A stretch of DNA of 64,000 nucleotides from Nitrospirota bacterium. GTDB lineage: Bacteria > Nitrospirota > UBA9217. Below the pieces are notes generated by a model, which did no database searches, was not told the origin of the DNA, and was given only the letters and a program-made list of their open reading frames with translations. Shown here one piece after another: positions 54,765 through 64,000 of the stretch. The number at the start of each line of letters is the position of its first letter. Within the stretch, counting starts at the first letter, position 1. The translations under genes were made by a program, and so were the position numbers. The DNA is taken from the NCBI GenBank assembly GCA_963737155.1, contig CAVTRN010000001.1, positions 1,216,001 to 1,280,000 on the forward strand, in the 5' to 3' direction.

Positions 54765-55096
54765 GACCTGCCCCCTCCGCCGCCACCGCCGTATCCGCCG
54801 CGACCACCCCTACCGCCGCCACCGCCGCCGCCCGACCCCGAGCGGTCAGTCTTCGGCTTGGCCTCGTTCACCGTGATCGTCCGGTCCATGAACATTGTGC
54901 CGTTCATGGATGAGATTGCCTTTGCCGCATCCTCGTCCGACGCCATTTCCACGAAACCGAAACCCTTGGACCTGCCGTTCGTCTGATCCACGATCAGCGT
55001 GGCAGACACCACCTCGCCGATCTTCGAGAATGCATCCCGCAAATCTTCCTCGTGGGTGTTATATGACAAATTCCCCACATAAAGCTTCTTCCCCAT
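54755..55096 (-). CDS. RRM RNA-binding protein with Gly-rich tail
   Basis: RNP2 KLYVGNL, RNP1 KGFGFVEM. Confidence 0.93.
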   Translation of the reverse strand: MGKKLYVGNLSYNTHEEDLRDAFSKIGEVVSATLIVDQTNGRSKGFGFVEMASDEDAAKAISSMNGTMFMDRTITVNEAKPKTDRSGSGGGGGGGRGGRGGYGGGGGGGRSWR

Positions 55097-55637
55097 GCTG
55101 CCTCCCTGTGTGATTTAATTTTCGCGCTGACGGTCGTTGCCGCACAGCGCGTTTACATCTTCTCCGCCATAACACCGCGTCCCCGAAGTGGGGACGCCGA
55201 ATCGCGCGGGGTGTCCGCAAAAACCGCATCGTTCGCCAACCAGGCATGCTGTCGCTTTTTTACGCAGGAACAGGTGAGAGCAGGAAGAGTCAGTGATCGA
55301 TGATGAGGCGCGGACGGCATCTCGCTCCAAAATGAGAGGGCCTTACCCCGTTGATGTTGTATATAGTTATTATACGGGTTTTGCAGTCAATTGTAAACAT
55401 CTCCGTACATCTTCGGGATGCTATTTCCAAAGGGGACTTACCATCCCGGCCACTCGATGAGCATCTCGGAATATATTTCAGCAACCAATTGTAAATCAAT
55501 ATGTTTTCCCCGCCACCACTGCCACTTCAGGCATCCCCGGTCGGCATTAATATCGCTCGGGCAATAATAACCGTTGACTTTCCAGCGCAGAAGGGGGATT
55601 ATAGTATCAAGAAGTTCCGGATGTTCTTGTAGGGAAA

Positions 55638-55669
55638 CCGCAAAGACAGATAGGCTTTGCGGCTTTTTT
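55638..55669 (+). terminator. Terminator-like hairpin in the csp leader
   Basis: ccgcaaag...ctttgcgg followed by cttttttg, ~48 nt upstream of the csp ATG. Confidence 0.55.
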
Positions 55670-55716
55670 GTTGTCCTTTTCCGTCGCTTCAATTCACCAG
55701 AAGGAGGTAGCTCATC

Positions 55717-55917
55717 ATGGAAACAGGCACCGTAAAGTGGTTCAATGATTCCAAAGGCTTTGGATTCATTTCCCGTGAAAGTGGCGGCGATGTGTTCGTT
55801 CATTTCGGCGACATTCAGGACAGCGGCTTCAAGTCGCTGGCCGAAGGCCAGTCAGTGCAGTTCGACGTTGTCGACTCACCCAAAGGCCCCAAAGCAGCCA
55901 ACGTTGTAAAGCTCTAA
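55717..55917 (+). CDS. Cold-shock protein (CspA family)
   Basis: GTVKWFN..KGFGFI, DVFVHF, GPKAANV. Confidence 0.95.
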   Translation: METGTVKWFNDSKGFGFISRESGGDVFVHFGDIQDSGFKSLAEGQSVQFDVVDSPKGPKAANVVKL

Positions 55918-55935
55918 TCAAAGGTTTGGACCTTC

Positions 55936-55967
55936 ACAGGCCCTGGTCATTTCAGGGCCTGTTTTTT
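55936..55967 (+). terminator. Intrinsic terminator after csp
   Basis: acaggccctg...cagggcctgt followed by a T-tract. Confidence 0.8.
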
Positions 55968-56052
55968 CTTTTGCTGTCGCATCCGGAATCATCGTCCCGC
56001 ATCTTGAATCCTTACCGCGTGGGGCTTTTGTCTTTTATCCTAAAGGAGAGCA

Positions 56053-56430
56053 ATGAACCACAGACAAAGTTATAGAGAAAAGATGGAGATGGAGAGGATC
56101 GCCCTGGCCGCCTTTGGCCTGATTTCCGAGCGGTATGCCAAAGTCTCGAAGATCGAATTTCGCATGACCTATTACCGGCGCGGTTTCGATTCGGTTTTAA
56201 TGAATCGTACCCTCAGTTTCTCGTCCGCGGATTACGCCGGTTTTCACATGAAATGCATGGAGGAAGGGTGTACGGGCGGCGGTTTCGATCTGGCCCCCGT
56301 GGTTGCGGGCCTGGCTAAATCCCATAAGAAAACAACAAAGGGAAAGGTCTATTGCCGCGGCATGAACAATTCCTTCGGACACGCCAGTCTTGCCTATGAA
56401 GTCAATATCCAGTACCATAAGGCTAAATAG
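56053..56430 (+). CDS. Hypothetical protein with possible Zn site
   Basis: aaggag RBS; C-x4-C-x-GGGFDL...C...H spacing. Confidence 0.65.
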   Translation: MNHRQSYREKMEMERIALAAFGLISERYAKVSKIEFRMTYYRRGFDSVLMNRTLSFSSADYAGFHMKCMEEGCTGGGFDLAPVVAGLAKSHKKTTKGKVYCRGMNNSFGHASLAYEVNIQYHKAK

Positions 56431-56474
56431 AACCGTGCAGGCTTTGTGCAATGAGACACTGACAACGTGATGCC

Positions 56475-57338
56475 ATGACCATCATCCTGCAATGCCCCGT
56501 CTGCCGGAATCCCCTGCTTAACTCTGCTGACGGCTACCAATGCTCCAATAACCACACCTTCGATGCTGCCCGCGAAGGGTACGTCAATGTCCTGCTTTCT
56601 CACAAAAAGAATTCCAAAGAGCCTGGTGACAATAAGGAAATGATTCGGAGCCGACGGCGGTTTCTGGACTTAGGGCTGTATGATAGAATTTCCGATGGTA
56701 TTAACGAAGCCATTGCAGGCAATCTCCCTGAACCTGGTGAAAAAAATGCTTTCAACGTTCTTGACGCCGGCTGCGGCGAAGGTTTTTATCTCAAGCGCCT
56801 CAAGGAGTTTCTGGCGCAGAGATCTGGGACCCGGGTCCCTGTTGAATACTACGGAGTGGATATTTCGAAATTTGCCGTCCGCCAGGCCACCCAACGGGAC
56901 TGGACGATAAGCTGGTTTGTTGCCAGCATCATTGATCTGCCCTTTGTACAATCCTCCTTTGATATGATTCTGAATATATTTTCCCCTGCCGATTTTCCTG
57001 AATTCTCGAGGGTACTCGGGGGGACAGGGAAGCTGTTGACCGTAAGTCCCGGCCCGAGGCACCTCAATGGGCTGCGGAAGATTATTTATCCGAATGCCAG
57101 GGAGCATGCGCCATCAACAATCTGCGAAGAGGCCATAGGACTTTTTTCTCTTTCGACTGAAACGAGAATTAATTATCAAGTTGAACTGAAGAGCCGCGAG
57201 GCGATCATGGATCTTCTGGCAATGACACCCTATTTCTGGAATATTGATCTGAAGACTAAAGCCAAGGTGGAGGCCCTTGACAGGCTTGCTTTGGATGTCG
57301 ATGTAGAGCTACGGGCCTTCGAAAAAAGAAAAGGATGA
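56475..57338 (+). CDS. RlmA-like rRNA (guanine-N1) methyltransferase
   Basis: N-terminal CPVC..C..H zinc finger, GDNKEM, LDAGCGEG.Y, MTPY. Confidence 0.85.
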   Translation: MTIILQCPVCRNPLLNSADGYQCSNNHTFDAAREGYVNVLLSHKKNSKEPGDNKEMIRSRRRFLDLGLYDRISDGINEAIAGNLPEPGEKNAFNVLDAGCGEGFYLKRLKEFLAQRSGTRVPVEYYGVDISKFAVRQATQRDWTISWFVASIIDLPFVQSSFDMILNIFSPADFPEFSRVLGGTGKLLTVSPGPRHLNGLRKIIYPNAREHAPSTICEEAIGLFSLSTETRINYQVELKSREAIMDLLAMTPYFWNIDLKTKAKVEALDRLALDVDVELRAFEKRKG

Positions 57339-57805
57339 AATGCCTTTGGTTAATAAAAAAGGACACTTGCGATATGTGTAGACCTGGTCTTGTCGGCGTT
57401 GATTACTTCGCACCGAGCATCGCATATTTCAACCGGTCATTGACAGTTAGTCTGCGTTGGTTAGCATGTAGAGTAGCAAAAGGGTTATCGGAGCTGATAT
57501 TTTGTTGTTTAAGGGTTAATAGTGGGATTCCCTTAAATATGTTGATTATAGGTTGTTTTCACATTGAAAGGGACAACTTCCCAATATTGCACGGCTTTCC
57601 AATTTAACCGCTAGGGTTTATTCTTGCCTTCTATGCTGCTATATTTTGGCGATTCTCATACTCGTTCCGAAGGGGCCATATTTTTTTAATGATATGTAGG
57701 CCACTGCTTGATATAATAAAAAAGAAAACCTTTCTAAATTATACAGCGGTTGCGATTTTTGATAATTGGAGGTTTTATCTAGTAATCGATGGTAAAGTAT
57801 TTGCT

Positions 57806-58585
57806 ATGCGAAAACGATCTACTTCAAGCGCCAAGTTTTTGCTGAGAGGTCTCGTGGTCCTTTACGAGGATAAAGACATCCTTGTGGTGGATAAACCAGC
57901 GGGCCTGTTGACCGTTGCTACAGAGCGGGAAAAATCGCGCACGGCCCACTCTATTTTAACGGATTACATTCGCATGGGCTGCGGAAGAAGCCAAAAACGT
58001 CTTTTCGTTGTTCACCGACTTGACAGGGAGACATCTGGTACACTCATTTTTGCAAAAAGTGAAGAGGCGAAGTTCCGATTGCAGAACCAGTGGAAACAGA
58101 CTGAGAAGAAATATCTTGCAATAGTTCATGGCAAGTGTGAGAAGAGCTTGGGGACCATCACCACATACTTGGCAGAGGACAAGGCGTATAAAGTTTATTC
58201 TACGTCAGACAGCACAAAAGGTAAACTGTCCCAAACAGCTTACAAAGTGGTCAGGATAATAAAGGGCTTTTCTTTGCTTGAAGTAGCTCTGCTAACAGGA
58301 AGGAAAAATCAGATTCGAGTGCATCTTGCGGGCATCGGACACCCGATAGTCGGCGACATGAAGTATGGTAAAGTGGATGAGCCCGCGTCTCGCATGGCAC
58401 TGCACGCCAGGTCGATCTCCTTCAAACATCCCTTCAGTGGCAAACAGCTTACCTTCGAATCACGAGTACCTATGTTTTTTTCAACGATAGTGGGCCGCAT
58501 AGATCTGGAATACGGTCCAGCAGTATCCTCAGTCACGCCGACGAAAGCTGCAGAGAAACAGCTTTTACCGGGTAGTTCGCCATGA
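57806..58585 (+). CDS. RluA-family pseudouridine synthase
   Basis: DKPAGL, HRLDRETSG, TGRKNQIR.H, HPIVGD..YG, LHA. Confidence 0.92.
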   Translation: MRKRSTSSAKFLLRGLVVLYEDKDILVVDKPAGLLTVATEREKSRTAHSILTDYIRMGCGRSQKRLFVVHRLDRETSGTLIFAKSEEAKFRLQNQWKQTEKKYLAIVHGKCEKSLGTITTYLAEDKAYKVYSTSDSTKGKLSQTAYKVVRIIKGFSLLEVALLTGRKNQIRVHLAGIGHPIVGDMKYGKVDEPASRMALHARSISFKHPFSGKQLTFESRVPMFFSTIVGRIDLEYGPAVSSVTPTKAAEKQLLPGSSP

Positions 58586-58851
58586 ATTACTTTATCGAAT
58601 TATTGTTATTTCGATTTATTTGACGAACGTGATTTTATCCAAAATCATGCCCTAGCCATCTGATCTGATGATGTGTATCTTTCATGTTTCACCATGACTT
58701 CGTCTGAATATGATAATAAATTTACGCATGAATGAAAGACAGGCTCATCATTGGGATTCGGCATTCGCAATGATGGGCTTTCACTCTTCTGAAAGAACCC
58801 CAAGAACGGTCGGCACATCGACTAGTGATTTCCACTATAGGAGGACGAGCT

Positions 58852-59400
58852 ATGATCGAGCTTCTACGCACGCGCAGAAGCATTCGTAAATACGCCTCGG
58901 ATTCTATTGATAACAAAAGGGTCGATGTGCTTATAGAAGCACTTCTCCGTTCACCTACGTCACGAAACAGCAAGTCATGGGAATTTATTATAGCTGACGA
59001 TCGGGAACTCTTGTTAAAACTTTCGAAAGCGAGAGAACAGGGCTCACAGCACCTGCAGGACGCACCGTTGGGGATCGTAGTGTGTGCTGACAGTACAAAA
59101 TCCGATGTATGGATTGAGGATTGTTCTATTGCTGCAATACTTGTTCAGATGACTTCGCACGATATGGGTCTGGGCAGTTGCTGGATACAAATTAGGAATC
59201 GCAATCATACAGAAATGATTTCAGCGGAGCAATATATACAAGGTCTACTTGGACTGCCCCGGCACATCAAGGTCGAATGTATGGTGAGCATTGGCTATCC
59301 AAACGAAGCAAAGAAACCAATTGCAGATAGCGAACTGGAATATCAAAAGGTTAAACACAACCATTACTCCAGTAATTACGTGCTAAAGAGAGAAGCATAA
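58852..59400 (+). CDS. Nitroreductase family protein
   Basis: RRSIRKY, SPTSRN..WEF, GLGSCWIQ, IGYP. Confidence 0.9.
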   Translation: MIELLRTRRSIRKYASDSIDNKRVDVLIEALLRSPTSRNSKSWEFIIADDRELLLKLSKAREQGSQHLQDAPLGIVVCADSTKSDVWIEDCSIAAILVQMTSHDMGLGSCWIQIRNRNHTEMISAEQYIQGLLGLPRHIKVECMVSIGYPNEAKKPIADSELEYQKVKHNHYSSNYVLKREA

Positions 59401-59785
59401 AAAAAAGATTGAGATGCCTATACATTCGGCTGCTAATGACACCATCAGTAATTAGATTTTTTTTGTTTGCATTTTATCGCCAATACTTTTCTATCATACC
59501 AGGTTAAGCTTGGGAAAGGTGAGTAGGCCAGAAACTATAACCTTAATGGCGATATCGTATGTCTAACGATCAATACCTACTTGTAGTCATATACATGATT
59601 ACGTGCCACAACCTTCTTCAATAATATAATTTATTCCATGCGCAAATCTCCTTTGCAATATTATGTCTACCTAAAATATGCCCCGCATGTAACGCAATCT
59701 TAACTTGAACTATATAAAAATAGATGATAAAAAAAGTAGCCATGTCTTTAAAAAGGAGAATACAGATTTTAAAGGGAGATGAAAC

Positions 59786-61759
59786 ATGAGACAATTTGCA
59801 AAAATATTCTTGGCCATGGTCGTGACAGCCTCGCTACTGCTTCTGACTGTCATTCCGGCCGCATTTGCGGAGTTGCAAGAGGATCCTCATTTATCACGGG
59901 AGGATATCGTGAAATTGCTTCGGAAGCGCATCAAATACGTCTTCGTCATCTTCAATGAGAACCACTCGTTCGACAACGAGTTCGGCACATTCCCCGGTGT
60001 CAACGGCCTTTACTCGGATGGCCAAAAAAGCCGCGCTGCCGCGAACACATTGGGTTTTACCCAGACATACACTGACAATATCAGTGGTCAGACCGTCACA
60101 GTCCTGCCGTTTCGGATAGGCCCGGAGCAGAACTCTACCGTCGTTGACAGTGTGGACCACACTCACACGGGACTTGCAGTCAAACTACACCTGGTAAACG
60201 ACGTGCCGCAGATGGATAAGTTCGCCTACGATGAGTATTACCGCTTTGCGAAAAATGGCGGGATGGCCAACAACGTGAAGGGCACGCAGTTCGCACGACT
60301 CGTGATGTCGCACATCGATTGTGACACTATTCCATTCTTCTGGAAGTGGGCTGGCCAGTTCACGATCTTCGACAATATCTATGCGACTGAGGACACGCCC
60401 TCCACTCCGAACGCGGTGGCAATGATCGCAGGGCAGTCTGGTGAAACGCAGTGGGTCAAGCACGGCTCGAACGGTCAGACCTACACCAACGTGAACGGCC
60501 ACACCGGCACCACGCAGGGGCCGCCGCTTGTGAACGATCCGCAGCCTTTCTACGGTTCTCAGTTCGACACGACCACAGTCGAAAAGCAGCCCGCAAACGC
60601 TAATGATGGATATCGAGACAATAACATAGCTTCTAACCTGACTTTCGCAAGTCTGCCGCTGACCTTCCAGGGCCGCAATATCATTACAGTTATGGCGCAG
60701 AATCTGAATCCGTCGTTTGACATGACAGACATCCAGAAAGACATCCCGTACATTCAGAGCCGAAATATCGAACCCATCAACTGGCGCTGGTACCAGGAAG
60801 GCTACGACCTCGAGTCAACCGACACGGGGACGGTTTCCCACAACTCCTATGTAAGCCATCATCAGGGGCCGCAGTACTTTGGCTACCTTGCAAACACTCC
60901 GCCAATTCGTCCGAACTTACGAGGCATGACTGACTTCTTCAGCGACATAAAGAACAAAGCTCTACCCGAAAGCGGCGTTTTCTATATCCGCGGCGGCTAC
61001 ATAAACCAGATGGGGCTGGTACCACCGGTCACGAATCCTCTTACTCCTGCTGACGAGGTTGTTGCAATCAGAAAGGCGAAAGCCGGCGACGATGACCACC
61101 CGGCCTATACCGACCGACAGATCAGCGAAGCGATGGCAGCCCGCGTTATCAATGCAATTGCGGCGGACCCGGAACTCTGGTACAAGAGTGCAATTATTAT
61201 CGCGTACGATGAGTCCGACGGTTTTTATGATCATGTGCCGCCTCGCATCCTTTCCTACGGGCCGGACGGCCTACCGCTTTCCCGCGGAATCCGAGTGCCC
61301 CTGATTCTGATTTCACCATATGCGAGGGCTCATGCTGTATCGCACGCTGAAGGCGATCATAATGCGATAATTGAGACCATCAACGATATCTTCAACCTGC
61401 CACCGCTCGCCAGCTTGCCCGATGAGGCCGAGGCGCTGAAAGATGGCAACTCCCAAAGCTTCAACAAGTTCGGGCCATCTGGATTCGAGCAGAAGCATCT
61501 CGGGCCTCGTGATATCAACTCACCAATCACCGACAGCCTGTTGTCGGGCTTCGACCTAAAGCGCCTGATGGGCATATTATCGCCGTTACCGGCCGCGCTC
61601 GCGATTATCCCGGACAATGTTGTGAACTCACTGCCTCACTATGGTGGGAACGGCTGCCAGGCGATAGGGATCGAGCCAGAAGACGTCCGGCAGGGCATTG
61701 TCAACAAAATCCCGTCGGGCTTTAACCCGCTGCCTAGCACCTACCCGGCGGCCAATTGA
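59786..61759 (+). CDS. Secreted phospholipase C/acid phosphoesterase (AcpA/PlcN superfamily)
   Basis: Signal peptide; ENHSFDN.FG.FPG, DDHP, YDESDGFYDHV.P, G.RVPLILISPYA. Confidence 0.88.
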   Translation: MRQFAKIFLAMVVTASLLLLTVIPAAFAELQEDPHLSREDIVKLLRKRIKYVFVIFNENHSFDNEFGTFPGVNGLYSDGQKSRAAANTLGFTQTYTDNISGQTVTVLPFRIGPEQNSTVVDSVDHTHTGLAVKLHLVNDVPQMDKFAYDEYYRFAKNGGMANNVKGTQFARLVMSHIDCDTIPFFWKWAGQFTIFDNIYATEDTPSTPNAVAMIAGQSGETQWVKHGSNGQTYTNVNGHTGTTQGPPLVNDPQPFYGSQFDTTTVEKQPANANDGYRDNNIASNLTFASLPLTFQGRNIITVMAQNLNPSFDMTDIQKDIPYIQSRNIEPINWRWYQEGYDLESTDTGTVSHNSYVSHHQGPQYFGYLANTPPIRPNLRGMTDFFSDIKNKALPESGVFYIRGGYINQMGLVPPVTNPLTPADEVVAIRKAKAGDDDHPAYTDRQISEAMAARVINAIAADPELWYKSAIIIAYDESDGFYDHVPPRILSYGPDGLPLSRGIRVPLILISPYARAHAVSHAEGDHNAIIETINDIFNLPPLASLPDEAEALKDGNSQSFNKFGPSGFEQKHLGPRDINSPITDSLLSGFDLKRLMGILSPLPAALAIIPDNVVNSLPHYGGNGCQAIGIEPEDVRQGIVNKIPSGFNPLPSTYPAAN

Positions 61760-61984
61760 GGTGAAGAGCGACGGATAGGTGCGAGTGGCTCCCCATTCAC
61801 TGCCTTTGTTGTATATTGGCCGGTTTTTTTTGACATGTGAGATTGCAACTCCCCATAGCTTGCTACAGGTCACTTTATAGAGGGAAAAGTTTGAGAAATC
61901 ATAGGTTGCAAAATAATATTCACCGTCCTTTTAAAAATAATCAGTCAGCTTACTGTGGAATGGTTCATTAGGAGGTGTATATCT

Positions 61985-62962
61985 ATGCGGTTACTGTCAG
62001 TTTTGCTTGTCATGCTCATCGTCTGCTGCTCGATCTCGGTCGCTATGGCGGGCTCCGTTATCGAACGCGTCAAGGCGCGCAGTGTCGTCCGCTGCGGCAG
62101 CGTCGAGCGTCCGGGCCTGGCGAGTGCGGACGGTCATGGACGCTGGAGGGGTCTCAATGTTGACGTCTGCCGCGCTATCGCCGTGGCGGTACTCGGCTCC
62201 CCCGATCGCATTGATTACCATGTGTATGAGACACCGAAGCAATTTGACGCTGTGCGCAACCAGGAGGACGATGTCTACTTCCTTACTGGTTCGGAGATTG
62301 ATGAGCAGAAGCTGGCAGGCAAGGTAGTGCCCGGTCCCACCATCTTTGTGGAAACCGATACAGTAATGGTTCCGTCCAGCTCGGCTGCACACAATGTCTG
62401 CGACCTTACAGGAAAAACCATCTGCTTTATGATCGGGAGCTTAACGGAGCGAAGCATCAATGCTTACTTCGACACGCTGCACAAGAACTGGTTGCGTATG
62501 CCTTATTCCGAGGATGGGGAAATGAACGATGCCTATAACGTGCAGCGCTGCAATGCAATCGCCGGCGAGATCACTACCCTCGCCGCTACACGCGTTGACC
62601 GGGGTGTGAACCGGCTGTCCAGCCGTCTCCTCCAAGAGCCGCTGTCGGTCTTCCCGGTCATGGCCGCGACAGGAACTAACGACGCGCAGTGGTCTGCAAT
62701 CGTCGCATGGACAGTGGACACGCTGATAAGTGCGGAGAGGCCGGAAACGCGTTGGTACGCAGGAGGCGCGGGGGCAATGCCTGTCGCAGCGCCGGAGTTG
62801 GGTCTAGACAAGGGATGGCAACGCCGAGTTCTCGAGACTGTCGGTAACTATGGCGACATCTTCGAACGACATCTTGGCAAAGGCTCCCAGCTCAAACTCG
62901 ACCGTGGCCTCAACGCTAACCAGTTCAGTGGAGGACTACTCCTGAGTCCATTCCTTGACTGA
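61985..62962 (+). CDS. Amino-acid ABC transporter substrate-binding protein (AapJ/BztA-like), no permease nearby
   Basis: G.WRGL.VDVCRAIA.A, VGNYGDIFERHLG, LDRGLN...GGLL. Confidence 0.8.
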   Translation: MRLLSVLLVMLIVCCSISVAMAGSVIERVKARSVVRCGSVERPGLASADGHGRWRGLNVDVCRAIAVAVLGSPDRIDYHVYETPKQFDAVRNQEDDVYFLTGSEIDEQKLAGKVVPGPTIFVETDTVMVPSSSAAHNVCDLTGKTICFMIGSLTERSINAYFDTLHKNWLRMPYSEDGEMNDAYNVQRCNAIAGEITTLAATRVDRGVNRLSSRLLQEPLSVFPVMAATGTNDAQWSAIVAWTVDTLISAERPETRWYAGGAGAMPVAAPELGLDKGWQRRVLETVGNYGDIFERHLGKGSQLKLDRGLNANQFSGGLLLSPFLD

Positions 62963-63848
62963 CGCTGGTAACTTGGGATTGAAAGGCCGCATGTTGCCGG
63001 AGAGACTTAAGAATGAGCATGTTCAGCACCTTGCCCAGGCAAGAAAGATTTTTGATATTAAACGGGAGCAGAAGCAGAATGGAGTTTTCTTGCCGGGGAG
63101 CGCTAGAAAAGGAAATATTCGACTATCGGCAAAGTATCGGGTTGGTTCTAGGTTTTCCTAGCGGAGGGAGCATCTGTTGATTCGCAAATGCTTAATGATC
63201 GGCGGCATCATATGCATCCCGCAGCTTTGCAGCGGATTTCAAAGAAGCGGTTGAAACGGCAGGGATAACAAGGCCGGCCTCAAACCCGCATGGCCTAAAT
63301 GTTCAAACGCCCTGCTTTATATTAATCTTTGCGGCATCGTTCGGGCCTTATTGCCCTTGAACCCATCTTGTGAAGAGGCCATAGTGTCCCTGTATTGCGT
63401 ACAAAATACATCTGCGGGAGAGACTTGCAGACGTGAAACGGTAACGTGCCTATATCTCAGGATCGGTCGATAAGTAATCGCTTCTGCGAATGCCTGGTGA
63501 CAGAAAACCGCGAATTAAGGAACTGCGGGTCAAGATCGGCGCGTGGAAAAGGCACGTCTCACCCACACGTTGATGCAAATTTCACGTGTTATTCATCAAC
63601 CGATTTTTTTCCAGCGCCGGTTCATAATTTTAAGTATTCGATAGATCTGTTATTTTCTGAATTAGGGCTTGGGGCAGGTGGTTGCCATGGCCTGCTTGGC
63701 TAGCAGAGTAGTTCCCATTCTACTAAAATCCTAAATTTACAATCAGATATTCTATAGTTATAGAACATACTTATCCGATTCACCATCACAATACCTTGAC
63801 AAATTCGCCGGCAAAGTCTAAACTGGGTGAATTAGTGAAAGGGTCTTT

Positions 63849-64000
63849 ATGCGCTGGAACAAACGCATTGCTATTTTTCTTATTCTGCTTTTCCTTGTTT
63901 CCACGTTCGTGGAAGTTTCGCACCATCATGAAAATGCGGAGGATGACCACGACTGCCCAATTTGTATTGCCATTAATCATGTGCCTGCAACCAGCCAGGG
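63849..64000 (+). CDS. Small His/Cys-rich exported peptide (DUF2946-like), runs off the window; absent from the ORF track
   Basis: MRWNKRIAIFLILLFLVSTFVEVSHHHENAEDDHDCPICIAINHVPATSQ.. Confidence 0.65.
   Translation, partial: MRWNKRIAIFLILLFLVSTFVEVSHHHENAEDDHDCPICIAINHVPATSQ

Noticed and set aside
1-64000. CRISPR array, rRNA or intact tRNA
   Set aside because: No repeat-spacer periodicity or complete cloverleaf seen by eye; the repeats found are coding or a gene duplication

Overview
Bacterial chromosomal window. Gene content suggests a Gram-negative anaerobe or microaerophile such as Nitrospirota or a deltaproteobacterium, but this is inference only. Housekeeping blocks (ccsA, argF-argD, glyQ-glyS-ppdK, ribD, selD) alternate with accessory genes and many decayed gene remnants. 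Best-supported highlights: (1) a compact sphingolipid/ceramide cluster of CerR-like reductase, SPT and bCerS-like GNAT with a convergent Aur1/IPC-synthase-like PAP2 enzyme (33974-38264); (2) a selenocysteine-containing SelD with an in-frame UGA and SECIS-like hairpin, flanked by an unexplained ~145-nt structured element and a PilZ-like frame carrying three in-frame UGAs; (3) an exbB-exbD-tonB-receptor operon under tandem NikR-type boxes, separated from a 7-repeat beta-propeller lipoprotein by an intact IS256 with target duplication; (4) a cold-shock/RNA-maintenance island; (5) a decayed IS200/IS605 TnpB element that keeps its probable right end; (6) a frameshifted glyQ. No CRISPR array, rRNA or intact tRNA was seen. 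All calls come from reading motifs by eye; no searches were run.
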